Shown here: positions 41,181 through 50,198 of the stretch, piece after piece | Numbering within the stretch: the first letter of the stretch is position 1 | Layout of the letters: every line of letters starts with the position of its first letter | NCBI GenBank assembly: GCA_021780535.1 | Contig: JAJXYN010000009.1 | Span: 224,360 to 288,359 of the forward strand | Reading direction: 5' to 3' | DNA: 64,000 bases | Origin: a bacterium | Lineage (GTDB): Bacteria; Patescibacteriota; Patescibacteriia; JAGPKW01 | Notes under the pieces: generated by a model | Databases searched by the model: none | What the model saw: only the letters and a program-made list of their open reading frames with translations | Told to the model about the DNA's origin: nothing | Position numbers and translations under genes: made by a program

Positions 41181-41380
41181 AAAAAAATCGGACACCTGAC
41201 TAGTTAGCTTGCGAAGCTACATAGTGGTATCCGAGAGACGCCACTTATGATTTAACCGTCAGATGCCCGATTATCTTCATAAATGGCGAATATATGTATT
41301 AAAAAATACAAAATAAACAAAAAACAATTATCTGTAATAATTGCAGTATTCTCTCGGATATTAAATTGTAGCTTCGCATT
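41181..41380 (-). ncRNA. Putative structured cis-regulatory leader of the mod-res operon
   Basis: Four long complementary pairs (12, 11, 12 and 15 bp); all non-Watson-Crick positions are G-U on the minus strand; U7 tract abuts the ATG. Confidence 0.7.
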
Positions 41381-41544
41381 ATCTAATATAACCTTAATAT
41401 AACAAAAAAACAAGGCGATGCTATAACAAAATGTCTTTCTTTGTTTTTTATTATATTATTGAGCAACACTTCAATATATGTGTTGAAAAATGTGATATTT
41501 TAGAATAAGATAAAAGTAATATTTATATTTAAATTAAGATTAAA

Positions 41545-42642
41545 ATGGAAGAATTATTTAAAAATTTGAAACCTTACTCAAAAATAACCTTTTACAATGA
41601 TACAACGCCATTAGAATACGACTGTTTTGATTTAATTTTTGACTTATATCACGATTTTTATTCTTTAAATAGAGACACTACTTATACACTTAAAAAAAGT
41701 TTTGTATTTGATGATGATGAATTTAATAAAATTAAAATATTTTTAGAAGAATTAAAAAATGCTAATATTATTGATAGTTTTTCTGAAGAAAAAACAGCTC
41801 TTAAACCAAAAGATGATGATGATATAATAATGTGGCTGAATAGTAAATTCGATATAAAAATATTATTTACACCAAAAATAGAAGGATTTGATTTACTTGG
41901 CTATATTGCAGAAAAAAATAAATTAAATATCTACGGGGATAAAATACAAAAACAAAAGATATCTAAGATGATTTTATCTAAATTCGAAGAATACCAAAAT
42001 AATGAGTTATTTTTTGATTTGTATTATAGTGATGAATGGAATAATTCTGAAGATATAGAAAAATATTTAGATGGTTCATATTCTGATTACGAAAAGATAA
42101 ACGCATTTAAAACACTAAGAAATCTAGAGAATGATAAAATAATACAAATAAAAGAAACTTCCGTATTAAGAGAATATGGAAATAAAATAATTATAGCAAA
42201 TGTAAAAATAAAAATATTGGAAACAGATAAGCTTTATAATGCGAGCTATGATAAATCTAAAAAAGAAATTACTACTGATAAAGAAATAAACACTGAACAA
42301 TTTCTATATACCTACAATAAACAAAAGAAAAATGGCTCGCTTGTTTTAAAAAGCTTTGGGGAATACGTTAATTTTACAGGAAGAAGGAGCGCAATATTTC
42401 TATTTTTTTACAAAAAAAGAAATGAAAATAAATTTTTTGATTACAAAGAACTAAATTTATTTCTAAAAGAAAATGATTTTGAAGAAATAAAATCCGATGG
42501 CTTAAACAAAGACATTAAAACAGTTAATAAAATTATAAATGTTTTAACAAACAATGAATTAAAAGAAATAATACTTATAGATAAAGAGAAAAATGAAAAA
42601 GACGCTGATATAAATGTTTATAAATTTAATAACCTAAAATAG
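41545..42642 (+). CDS. Hypothetical protein (possible C-terminal winged helix)
   Basis: 365-aa ORF divergent from mod. Confidence 0.7.
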   Translation: MEELFKNLKPYSKITFYNDTTPLEYDCFDLIFDLYHDFYSLNRDTTYTLKKSFVFDDDEFNKIKIFLEELKNANIIDSFSEEKTALKPKDDDDIIMWLNSKFDIKILFTPKIEGFDLLGYIAEKNKLNIYGDKIQKQKISKMILSKFEEYQNNELFFDLYYSDEWNNSEDIEKYLDGSYSDYEKINAFKTLRNLENDKIIQIKETSVLREYGNKIIIANVKIKILETDKLYNASYDKSKKEITTDKEINTEQFLYTYNKQKKNGSLVLKSFGEYVNFTGRRSAIFLFFYKKRNENKFFDYKELNLFLKENDFEEIKSDGLNKDIKTVNKIINVLTNNELKEIILIDKEKNEKDADINVYKFNNLK

Positions 42643-42860
42643 TCGGATTTATACTCGGATTTTTTAAAAAATAGCTAATATATGGCTATTTTTTATTTGA
42701 ATATTTTTATTTTTCATAAGTATATCGTATTTTATGTCGTTGTTAATAAATCACCAAAACCGAGAATAGTAGCATATTTTAAGTTATGAAATAATACAAA
42801 ATGAAAATATTTTCTAAACAACAAACTGCAGTTTGAATATTTAATAATAAAAATAAAATT

Positions 42861-43112
42861 ATGTTCAAATATTTAAAAGAAAACGATTTTTTTACAACTC
42901 CAGACATTTGTCTTGGGGCTACAATATTGTATTTTGGATACAAAATAGAATGTGTTGAAAATAAAAACAACAAAACACACTTCTCTTTTAGAAGAGATAA
43001 AAAACTAGATGATTTAATACAAGACCATTTAAATCATTTATTAAAGGTTGAGCCTATGATGTTTTTTGAAAAAACAAAAGAACTTAAAAAAAGAATACAT
43101 TTTGGTATATGA
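42861..43112 (+). CDS. DUF5659-like small mobile-element protein
   Basis: T.DI.L.A.I...G...F.F...VEP..F....KELK pattern. Confidence 0.7.
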   Translation: MFKYLKENDFFTTPDICLGATILYFGYKIECVENKNNKTHFSFRRDKKLDDLIQDHLNHLLKVEPMMFFEKTKELKKRIHFGI

Positions 43113-43264
43113 ATTTAAAAGAAAAAGACATTAAAGAATTCCAAAGGCTTTATAAAGAAGAATTTGGAGAAGAATTGGATTTTGAAGAAGCAAAAAAACA
43201 ATGTGACGACTTCCTTGAATTTATGGTTTTATTCTTCAAACCAAAAAATCTTATAAAATATTAA
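43109..43264 (+). CDS. 51-aa protein missed by the ORF track
   Basis: ATGA overlap with the previous stop; MNLKEKDIKEFQRLYKEEFGEELDFEEAKKQ...; paralog of 45875-46015. Confidence 0.75.
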   Translation: MNLKEKDIKEFQRLYKEEFGEELDFEEAKKQCDDFLEFMVLFFKPKNLIKY

Positions 43265-43280
43265 AATTAACATTAAAAAT

Positions 43281-44567
43281 ATGGAAAATATAGAGAGCGT
43301 TTTAAGTTCTGTTGATGAAGTTTTTGAAAAAGAGCAAAAAGAGCAAATCAATAAATTTAAAGAAAAGTTTAAAGAATTAAATGCTGAAAATCTAAAAAGT
43401 ACTTTAGGTCTAACAATTAAAAAGGATAATGAAAATAAGATAATAACTTTCTTATGCCAATTATCATCTTACACAGAAGATAACCAATTTAATATTATAT
43501 TTAACGCCCCCTCTTCTAGTGGTAAATCATATATACCAACAGAGATAGCAAAACTTTTCCCAAGCGAAGATGTAATGGAAGTTGCTTATTGTTCTCCAAC
43601 AGCTTTTTTTCACGATAGTGGTGTATACAATGAAGAAAGAAAAAGTATAGATATGGATTTATCTAAAAAAATACTTATATTTTTAGACCAGCCACACGCT
43701 CAATTATTAGAAAGATTAAGACCTTTGTTGTCTCACGATAAAAAAGAAATACTTGTTAAAATATCTGATAAAACTGGCAAGGGCGGTTTAAAAACAAGGA
43801 ATATTTATATAAAGGGCTTTCCATCTGTAATATTTTGTTCTGCTAATACAAATATAGACGAACAAGAAAGTACTAGGTCTATATTATTATCACCTGAAAT
43901 AAATCAAGAAAAATTAAGAGAAAGTATCTTGGAAAAAATAAAATATGAAACAAATAAGGATACTTATAAAGATTTTATAAATCAAAATCAAGAAAGAATT
44001 TTATTAAAGGAAAGAATTTTAGAAATTAAAAAACTAAATATAAAGGATATAAAAATAGCAGATGAAGAACTTATTATAGGATTATTTTTTAAGGGTAAAA
44101 AAATATTAAAACCAAGACACCAAAGAGATATAGCTAGATTTATATCAATAATAAAATCATTTGCTTTATTAAATTGTTTCTATAGAGAGAAAAGTGGTGA
44201 TGACATAATAGCTAGTTATGATGATATAGAAAGTGCTATGAACATATGGCAAGTTGTTTCTGAAAGCCAGGAATATAATATCTCTCCTTATTTGTATGGT
44301 TTTTATAAAGAGATAATACTCCCATTGTTTTTAAGTAAAAACAAAAGAGGTATTTTAAGAAAAGAAGTTTTGCAAAAATATTTTGAAGTTTATGAAAAGA
44401 ATATACCAGATTGGCAATTAAGACAAAGTATTCTGCCAGCTCTTGAAAACTCTGGTTTAATATATCAAGAACAAGACGAAACAAATAAAAGAAAAATTCT
44501 TATTTACTGCTCCGAAAGAGAAAACAAAGAAATAATTGATTTAAGCAAAAACGAAATAACAATATAG
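43281..44567 (+). CDS. P-loop NTPase, probable replication helicase-like protein
   Basis: Walker A APSSSGKS; ILIFLDQ; EQESTR. Confidence 0.75.
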   Translation: MENIESVLSSVDEVFEKEQKEQINKFKEKFKELNAENLKSTLGLTIKKDNENKIITFLCQLSSYTEDNQFNIIFNAPSSSGKSYIPTEIAKLFPSEDVMEVAYCSPTAFFHDSGVYNEERKSIDMDLSKKILIFLDQPHAQLLERLRPLLSHDKKEILVKISDKTGKGGLKTRNIYIKGFPSVIFCSANTNIDEQESTRSILLSPEINQEKLRESILEKIKYETNKDTYKDFINQNQERILLKERILEIKKLNIKDIKIADEELIIGLFFKGKKILKPRHQRDIARFISIIKSFALLNCFYREKSGDDIIASYDDIESAMNIWQVVSESQEYNISPYLYGFYKEIILPLFLSKNKRGILRKEVLQKYFEVYEKNIPDWQLRQSILPALENSGLIYQEQDETNKRKILIYCSERENKEIIDLSKNEITI

Positions 44568-44604
44568 TGAGTTGCACTATATGTAATTTATAAATAATAA
44601 AAAT

Positions 44605-45255
44605 ATGAGTAAAAAACTTAAAATATTAAAAAAAGATAGAGACAGAGTTGTAAAAAGAATATCAGAAGATTATACAAACGAAGATATTGTAAATATATCA
44701 ATTTTAAATTCTACCACTTGGTTAAAAAGAGATAATCTTATAGAAGAGTTAAAAACGGATTTATCAGAATTACAATTATTAAAAAAAGAAAATAAAGACA
44801 CTTCAGAATTTGAAGAAAAAATAAAAGATAAGATGGAAAAGATATCTCTTGTTAATAGTAATAAATCCAGTCACGCTTTTATAGAGGGCGTGTCTGTGAG
44901 GTATAGAGGTTATGCTATAAAAATGAAAGAGGATTTAATAAAAGAATATGATGCAAAAACGTTGATAGAATTTTCTCTAATAGAACAAATAGTAAGTTCT
45001 AATATAAAGTTTATTGCCTGTTCAAAAAAAATGATAGAAGCTTCTGAATTTGATTACTTTGGAAATGATAGAAATAATTTTTTAAAATTTTTATCTATAG
45101 AAAAAGATAGAGCTTTTAGACAGTTTATTTCTGGAACACAAGCATTGCAACAATTAAAACAACCTTCATTGAATATTAAAATAAACACTAAAAATGCTTT
45201 TATAGCTCAAAATCAGCAATTAAACAGTAATTCAGAAAACAATGATACCAAATAA
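44605..45255 (+). CDS. Hypothetical mobile-element protein
   Basis: 216-aa ORF in the operon. Confidence 0.7.
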   Translation: MSKKLKILKKDRDRVVKRISEDYTNEDIVNISILNSTTWLKRDNLIEELKTDLSELQLLKKENKDTSEFEEKIKDKMEKISLVNSNKSSHAFIEGVSVRYRGYAIKMKEDLIKEYDAKTLIEFSLIEQIVSSNIKFIACSKKMIEASEFDYFGNDRNNFLKFLSIEKDRAFRQFISGTQALQQLKQPSLNIKINTKNAFIAQNQQLNSNSENNDTK

Positions 45256-45565
45256 TTTCGACAAGTTTTTAGTAAGTCAATGTCAAAAGCTTGATATAAA
45301 AAATCTAGTTAAGTCAATACAGGAAGAGCTTTTAAGAGATTTAATATTAAAATCTGAAATAAATTTTGAGGATGTAAATATAGAGTTTTCTTATTCCAAG
45401 ACTGGCTTTGATGGTTCTAGGTTATGGTTAAAATGCCCTATATGTAGTCATAATATAAGAATAATTTATAAAACACCTAATAATTTTATAGGTTGTAGAA
45501 AATGTTTAAACTTAGACTATGAAAGTCATATATATAAAAAAATAAAAAATAAAATATGGGATTAA
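45242..45565 (+). CDS. Zinc-finger hypothetical protein
   Basis: G.RLWLKCPIC...GCRKCLNLDYES. Confidence 0.75.
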   Translation: MIPNNFDKFLVSQCQKLDIKNLVKSIQEELLRDLILKSEINFEDVNIEFSYSKTGFDGSRLWLKCPICSHNIRIIYKTPNNFIGCRKCLNLDYESHIYKKIKNKIWD

Positions 45566-45864
45566 GTATAGATGGTAAAAATATAGAACAAAATATACAT
45601 TTTAACTGGAATTGTTTAGATAATTTTATAAAGTGGTGTAGCACGAAAAACATACCATTATTATTTCCTGATTGGGACGGAACAAATGCCAATAAAATAA
45701 TTGATTTAAGAAATAAGAAATCACAAAGAAAATTAAAGAAAAAATTGTATGTGGTAGAAAAATTTATAACAAATGAAATAGATTATAATTTGTTTATTCT
45801 TATTAAGTATTATATATTTTTAAAAAATCAATTAGATAATAATGGATTTATAGAATATTCTTAA
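45556..45864 (+). CDS. Hypothetical protein
   Basis: 102-aa ORF overlapping the previous stop. Confidence 0.6.
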   Translation: MGLSIDGKNIEQNIHFNWNCLDNFIKWCSTKNIPLLFPDWDGTNANKIIDLRNKKSQRKLKKKLYVVEKFITNEIDYNLFILIKYYIFLKNQLDNNGFIEYS

Positions 45865-45874
45865 CTTAAAATAT

Positions 45875-46015
45875 ATGATTTCAGAAAAAAACTTACAAAA
45901 ATTTATGGATTTATACGAAAAAGAATACGGGGTTAAATTAACAAGACAGGAGGCGTTCAATCTTTTCTCAAGGTTTGTAAACATAGTAAGAATTGTATAT
46001 GAAACAAAGGATTAA
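45875..46015 (+). CDS. 46-aa protein missed by the ORF track
   Basis: MISEKNLQKFMDLYEKEYGVKLTRQEAFNLFSRFVNIVRIVYETKD; paralog of 43109-43264. Confidence 0.75.
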   Translation: MISEKNLQKFMDLYEKEYGVKLTRQEAFNLFSRFVNIVRIVYETKD

Positions 46016-46046
46016 CAAATCAATAAAAGTATTATAAAATGATTAT

Positions 46047-46174
46047 ATTGACCCAACTTAATATTTTCTATGAAAGAGACTTTTTATAATGTCTATCTTT
46101 GTTATCGTCTATATAGGACAGTTCTGCCGATAATTCTTTCATAGGAATGTTGGGTCAATCAGGACTGTCCTTTT
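46047..46174 (+). ncRNA. Putative structured cis-regulatory leader of the recombinase
   Basis: Complementary pairs of 11, 13, 6 and 12 bp; non-Watson-Crick positions are G-U on the plus strand. Confidence 0.7.
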
Positions 46175-46204
46175 AGATTTAATAAAATTAACATTAAAAA
46201 AAAT

Positions 46205-47827
46205 ATGATAAAAGAAAATAGAAATTTAAAATATGCTATATATCTTCGTAAATCAACTGATAGTGAAGATAGACAAGTTCAGTCAATAGAAGACCAAGAA
46301 AAAGAAATAAATATTTTAGTAGAAAGAGAAGGAATTAAAAAAGAAAATATAATAGAAATCTTCAAAGAAAGTAAATCTGCCAAAAAACCTGGGAGAGAAG
46401 AATTCAATAGAATGATGTGTTTAATAAAAGAAGGCAAAATTGATAGTGTTATGTGTTGGAAATTAAATCGTTTAGCAAGAAATCCTATCGATGGTGGCGA
46501 AATTCAATGGTTACTACAACAAAATATAATTAAATCAATATTAACAAATGAAAGAGAATACCTTCCAACTGACAATGTTCTTATGATGGCAGTTGAATTG
46601 GGAATGGCAAATCAATTTGTATTAGACTTAAGTAAAGATGTTAAAAGAGGAATGAGGGGTAAAGTAGAAAAAGGCTGGAGACCAATGAGAGCTCCCATTG
46701 GATATATAAACGACAAAGCTGGTAATAAAGGAGAGAAAAAGATTTTTAGAGATGAAACTAGATTTGATATAGTGAGAAAGTGTTGGGAGCTTTTATTTAC
46801 AAGAAAATATACAGTACCAGAAATTACAGAAATAGCTAATGAAACATATGGTTTAAGAGACTATAAAGGTGAGAAAATAAATAATAGCACCTTTTATAAG
46901 ATATTTAGAAATACTTTTTATTATGGAGAGTTTAGTTATTGTGGCGAAGTGTATCAAGGAAAACACGAACCAATGATAACAAAAACAGAATTTGAATACG
47001 CTCAAGATATTTTAAGTGGTAGTAAACATAATAAAAGACCAAAAACAAAAAATCTCCCATACAATGGAATTATTACTTGTGGCGAATGTGGCTGTTATAT
47101 TACATCAGAAGAGAAAATAAAATATGTTAAGTCAGAAAATAAAGTCAAAAATTATGTATATAATAAATGTTGTAGTAATAATAGATGTTTTAAATGTTCT
47201 CAGAAGCCAATAAAATATGAAGAATTGTCTGAACAAGTTAAAAAATACCTAGAAACAATAAAGATAACTGATAAATTTTTTAATTTTGCCCTAATGGTTT
47301 TCAAAGAAAGAAATATGGTAGAAGAAGAAAATAGAAATAGTATCATAAGAAACTTACAATCAAATCATACGGAGGTTATAAAAAAGATAGATAACTTAAT
47401 AAATTTATTTGTATCTCAAAATAATCAAAATAGAGAGCTTTTAAGTGAAGATGAATATATTTCTCAAAAATCATTTCTTGCTAAAGAAAAAATAAGAATA
47501 GAACAACAAATAAAGGATATTATGGAAGAAACATCAACTCAAGATAAAAGATTTGATGACGAAATAAACTTTGTTCATACAGAAATAGAAATGTTTGATA
47601 ATGGGAGTTATGAAAAAAGAACTCAAATATTAAGAAAAATGGGAGAAAGCTTTATTTTAAAGGATGGAATGCTTGATATACAATTAAAAAAAGTATTTCT
47701 AACATTCACTACTTACCAGTCAGAGTATAAAAAGAGAGAAATAGAACTAAGCAATATAAGAAATTTCAGCGAATTTAAAACAAAAAAAGAAGCTGATGCT
47801 TCTTTTCGTTCTATCTGGAGCGGGTAA
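46205..47827 (+). CDS. Large serine recombinase
   Basis: YLRKST catalytic motif, ESKSAK.PGR, RLARN, APIGY, GKHEPMI, CGEC zinc ribbon and coiled coil. Confidence 0.96.
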   Translation: MIKENRNLKYAIYLRKSTDSEDRQVQSIEDQEKEINILVEREGIKKENIIEIFKESKSAKKPGREEFNRMMCLIKEGKIDSVMCWKLNRLARNPIDGGEIQWLLQQNIIKSILTNEREYLPTDNVLMMAVELGMANQFVLDLSKDVKRGMRGKVEKGWRPMRAPIGYINDKAGNKGEKKIFRDETRFDIVRKCWELLFTRKYTVPEITEIANETYGLRDYKGEKINNSTFYKIFRNTFYYGEFSYCGEVYQGKHEPMITKTEFEYAQDILSGSKHNKRPKTKNLPYNGIITCGECGCYITSEEKIKYVKSENKVKNYVYNKCCSNNRCFKCSQKPIKYEELSEQVKKYLETIKITDKFFNFALMVFKERNMVEEENRNSIIRNLQSNHTEVIKKIDNLINLFVSQNNQNRELLSEDEYISQKSFLAKEKIRIEQQIKDIMEETSTQDKRFDDEINFVHTEIEMFDNGSYEKRTQILRKMGESFILKDGMLDIQLKKVFLTFTTYQSEYKKREIELSNIRNFSEFKTKKEADASFRSIWSG

Positions 47828-47890
47828 GGAGAATCGGACTCCCCTCTTCAGCTTGGAAGGCTGACATAATAGCCACTATACGATACCCGC
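47816..47890 (-). tRNA. tRNA-Gly(TCC)
   Basis: GCGGGTA...TACCCGC-T-CCA; anticodon arm TCAGC-CTTCCAA-GCTGA; T-loop reads TCCGATT. Confidence 0.93.
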
Positions 47891-48017
47891 GATTGCTTAC
47901 GAAATATATAATATCAAATATTTCTAATATAATCAAGATCAAGCTTTGTTATGCTAATTTATGACTTGCTGAAATTTATATTCCGAGTATCCGATAAGGT
48001 GGTTATACTATCATCTT

Positions 48018-48653
48018 TCAACCTCTAAACTTCTCATATAAATCTTTCAACGCACAATCATTATTACCCACTCTCCCAGTCTTACAACATTCTCTCCCAT
48101 GTTGAATTATTAAATATGTGTATTTATTCCATAATTTTTTGTCCAATATTTTCATTAATTCTAGTTCTCCTTTTTTTGCATCATTTCTATCTTTTATTAA
48201 TCCTAGACAATAATTTAATCTTAACATGTGCGTATCTACTGCTATTCCTGAATTTATTCCATATACTGTTGATAATATTATATTCGCTGTTTTTCTTCCT
48301 ACTCCATTTAATTCTACTAATTCTTCCATATTGCTTGGGACTTTCCTGTTATACTTTTGTTTTATAATCTTGCATGTTGTGAGTATGTTTTTTGATTTTG
48401 TATTATAAAGCCCTATTGATTTTATATCTTTTTTGAATTCTTCTATGTTGCAATTACAATAATCTTCTATGGTTTTATATTTTTTAAATAATTTTTCTGT
48501 TACTTTGTTTACCATCTTATCGGTACATTGTGCTGATAATATTACGGCTATTAATAATTCTAATGGGTTAGAATAATTTAAAGCTATTTTCTGTTCTCCG
48601 TACAATATTTTTAACCTTTTATATACTTCTTTTATTTTTTCTTTTTTTGTCAT
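48018..48653 (-). CDS. nth: Endonuclease III
   Basis: LIAVILSAQCTD, GVGRKTAN, AVDTH, HGR. Confidence 0.95.
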   Translation of the reverse strand: MTKKEKIKEVYKRLKILYGEQKIALNYSNPLELLIAVILSAQCTDKMVNKVTEKLFKKYKTIEDYCNCNIEEFKKDIKSIGLYNTKSKNILTTCKIIKQKYNRKVPSNMEELVELNGVGRKTANIILSTVYGINSGIAVDTHMLRLNYCLGLIKDRNDAKKGELELMKILDKKLWNKYTYLIIQHGRECCKTGRVGNNDCALKDLYEKFRG

Positions 48654-48822
48654 AATTATTATTTATTCTATATATTAACATGAAACTAAATATTAATTAA
48701 TATTTTTTATTATTGGGTTTTCCTCATGTTATTATTTATGAATCTACACTATAATAGTATCTATTAGTTCCTTGTGTTTATTGTCTTATTTATATAGTAT
48801 AGGAAATAAATAATATGAAGAA

Positions 48823-49707
48823 ATGAATTTTATATTTAACGCCTTTTCTAACCTATTCAAACTTATTGAATGGATATTAAAAAAAACATACAAAATCATT
48901 AGGGTTTTAGGATTTTTTGTTTTTACTTTTGTTTTTTTGATTTTTGGATGGATTATATTTTTTCTTATATATAAACTACTTATAGCTAGAATATTAAAAA
49001 ATAAAGAAACTAGAATTGTTAATAAATTTTTTTATGATTGCATAGTATTTTTTATAAAATCTTTTTTAGATACATTTGTGGAAGTGAAAATATGGGGCAA
49101 AAAAAATATATCAAAAGATACTTCAAAGTTATTTATATCAAATCATTTTTCTTCTACTGATCCTTTATTTATGTTTGGTTTTATAAAAGATAGAATCCAT
49201 ATGGTTATTGGACCAGCCTATGATATTCCTGTATTAAAAAATTTTTTAAGAGTACTTGAACAAATAGATGCTACAGAAAATAATAGAAAAAATGTTGTTT
49301 CTAATTCTATAGAATATATAAAAAGAAATGAATCTGTATATATATTTCCAGAAGGAGACTTAAACAACCAACAAGATTTTTTAAATTTTTATCATGGTGC
49401 TGCTAAGATATATATAGAATCTAATGGTATTGCACCAATAATTCCAATAGGGATAGTTGCATCTAAAAAAGATGTTAAAGAATTTAAATTATTTAATATA
49501 AAATCTAAAAAAAATAATAAAACATATAAAAGTTTAAATGTTTTATCTGGTAGATATCTTATTAATATTGGTGAACCTTTAGAATTTCAAGAACTTTTGA
49601 ATAGTGATAAATCTTATGAAGATAAATGTAATCAAATAACTACATTTATAAAAAAATATGTTAAGGAGCTTGTTGATGAAGCTAAATTTGATAAATTTTG
49701 GAATTAA
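48823..49707 (+). CDS. PlsC-family lysophospholipid acyltransferase
   Basis: NHFSSTD (NHxxxxD) and IFPEG motifs. Confidence 0.88.
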   Translation: MNFIFNAFSNLFKLIEWILKKTYKIIRVLGFFVFTFVFLIFGWIIFFLIYKLLIARILKNKETRIVNKFFYDCIVFFIKSFLDTFVEVKIWGKKNISKDTSKLFISNHFSSTDPLFMFGFIKDRIHMVIGPAYDIPVLKNFLRVLEQIDATENNRKNVVSNSIEYIKRNESVYIFPEGDLNNQQDFLNFYHGAAKIYIESNGIAPIIPIGIVASKKDVKEFKLFNIKSKKNNKTYKSLNVLSGRYLINIGEPLEFQELLNSDKSYEDKCNQITTFIKKYVKELVDEAKFDKFWN

Positions 49708-50198
49708 TTCAAATAAATATTTTCTTTATTTGAATCTGATAATATATTTGTTCCCTTTCCATCTGCAGCTAATATTAGGCTTTTATTGAATACTAATTCT
49801 GTTGTTTTTATTTCTTGATTCTTTATTTTAAATTTCATAGTAAATAACTCCCCTTTCCCTACAAATCCATCTGTTGAACCCCCCGCAAAATATATATATC
49901 CTTTAGAATTTGAATACCTTGGGGATTTCATCCAAAGATTAAAGATAGAATTATTATAATATTCTATTCCCACTATTTCCAAATCTTTATTATTAAAATT
50001 TATAGTTGATTGCCCAGCATTAACTATAGAACTTGAATTTACGTTTAACGAAACTTCTATAATTCCTTTTTTTTCATTAATACTTTGATTTAAATAAAAA
50101 TTAGCACTTTCAGCGTTTGCAATATTACAAAATAACAATCCAAACATAAATGGAATAGCTAAAAACAATATATTATTAGATATTGTTATTTTTTTCAT
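49704..50198 (-). CDS. Secreted cohesin-like domain protein
   Basis: Signal peptide; VNAG..INF, SIFNLW..P, I.FAGG, LAADGKGT. Confidence 0.75.
   Translation of the reverse strand: MKKITISNNILFLAIPFMFGLLFCNIANAESANFYLNQSINEKKGIIEVSLNVNSSSIVNAGQSTINFNNKDLEIVGIEYYNNSIFNLWMKSPRYSNSKGYIYFAGGSTDGFVGKGELFTMKFKIKNQEIKTTELVFNKSLILAADGKGTNILSDSNKENIYLN

Larger units (their letters stand above)
33325..47821. mobile_element. ~14.5 kb serine-recombinase integrative element at the 3' end of tRNA-Gly
   Basis: TGGAGC direct repeat at 33325-33330 and 47816-47821; recombinase runs into the tRNA; R-M and NTPase cargo. Confidence 0.8.

Noticed and set aside
46047-46174. Recombinase leader as a bridge/guide RNA targeting the att sites
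   Set aside because: Only 5-7 nt matches to the att region (TCTATCT, AGGAC), expected by chance; the same topology also precedes mod
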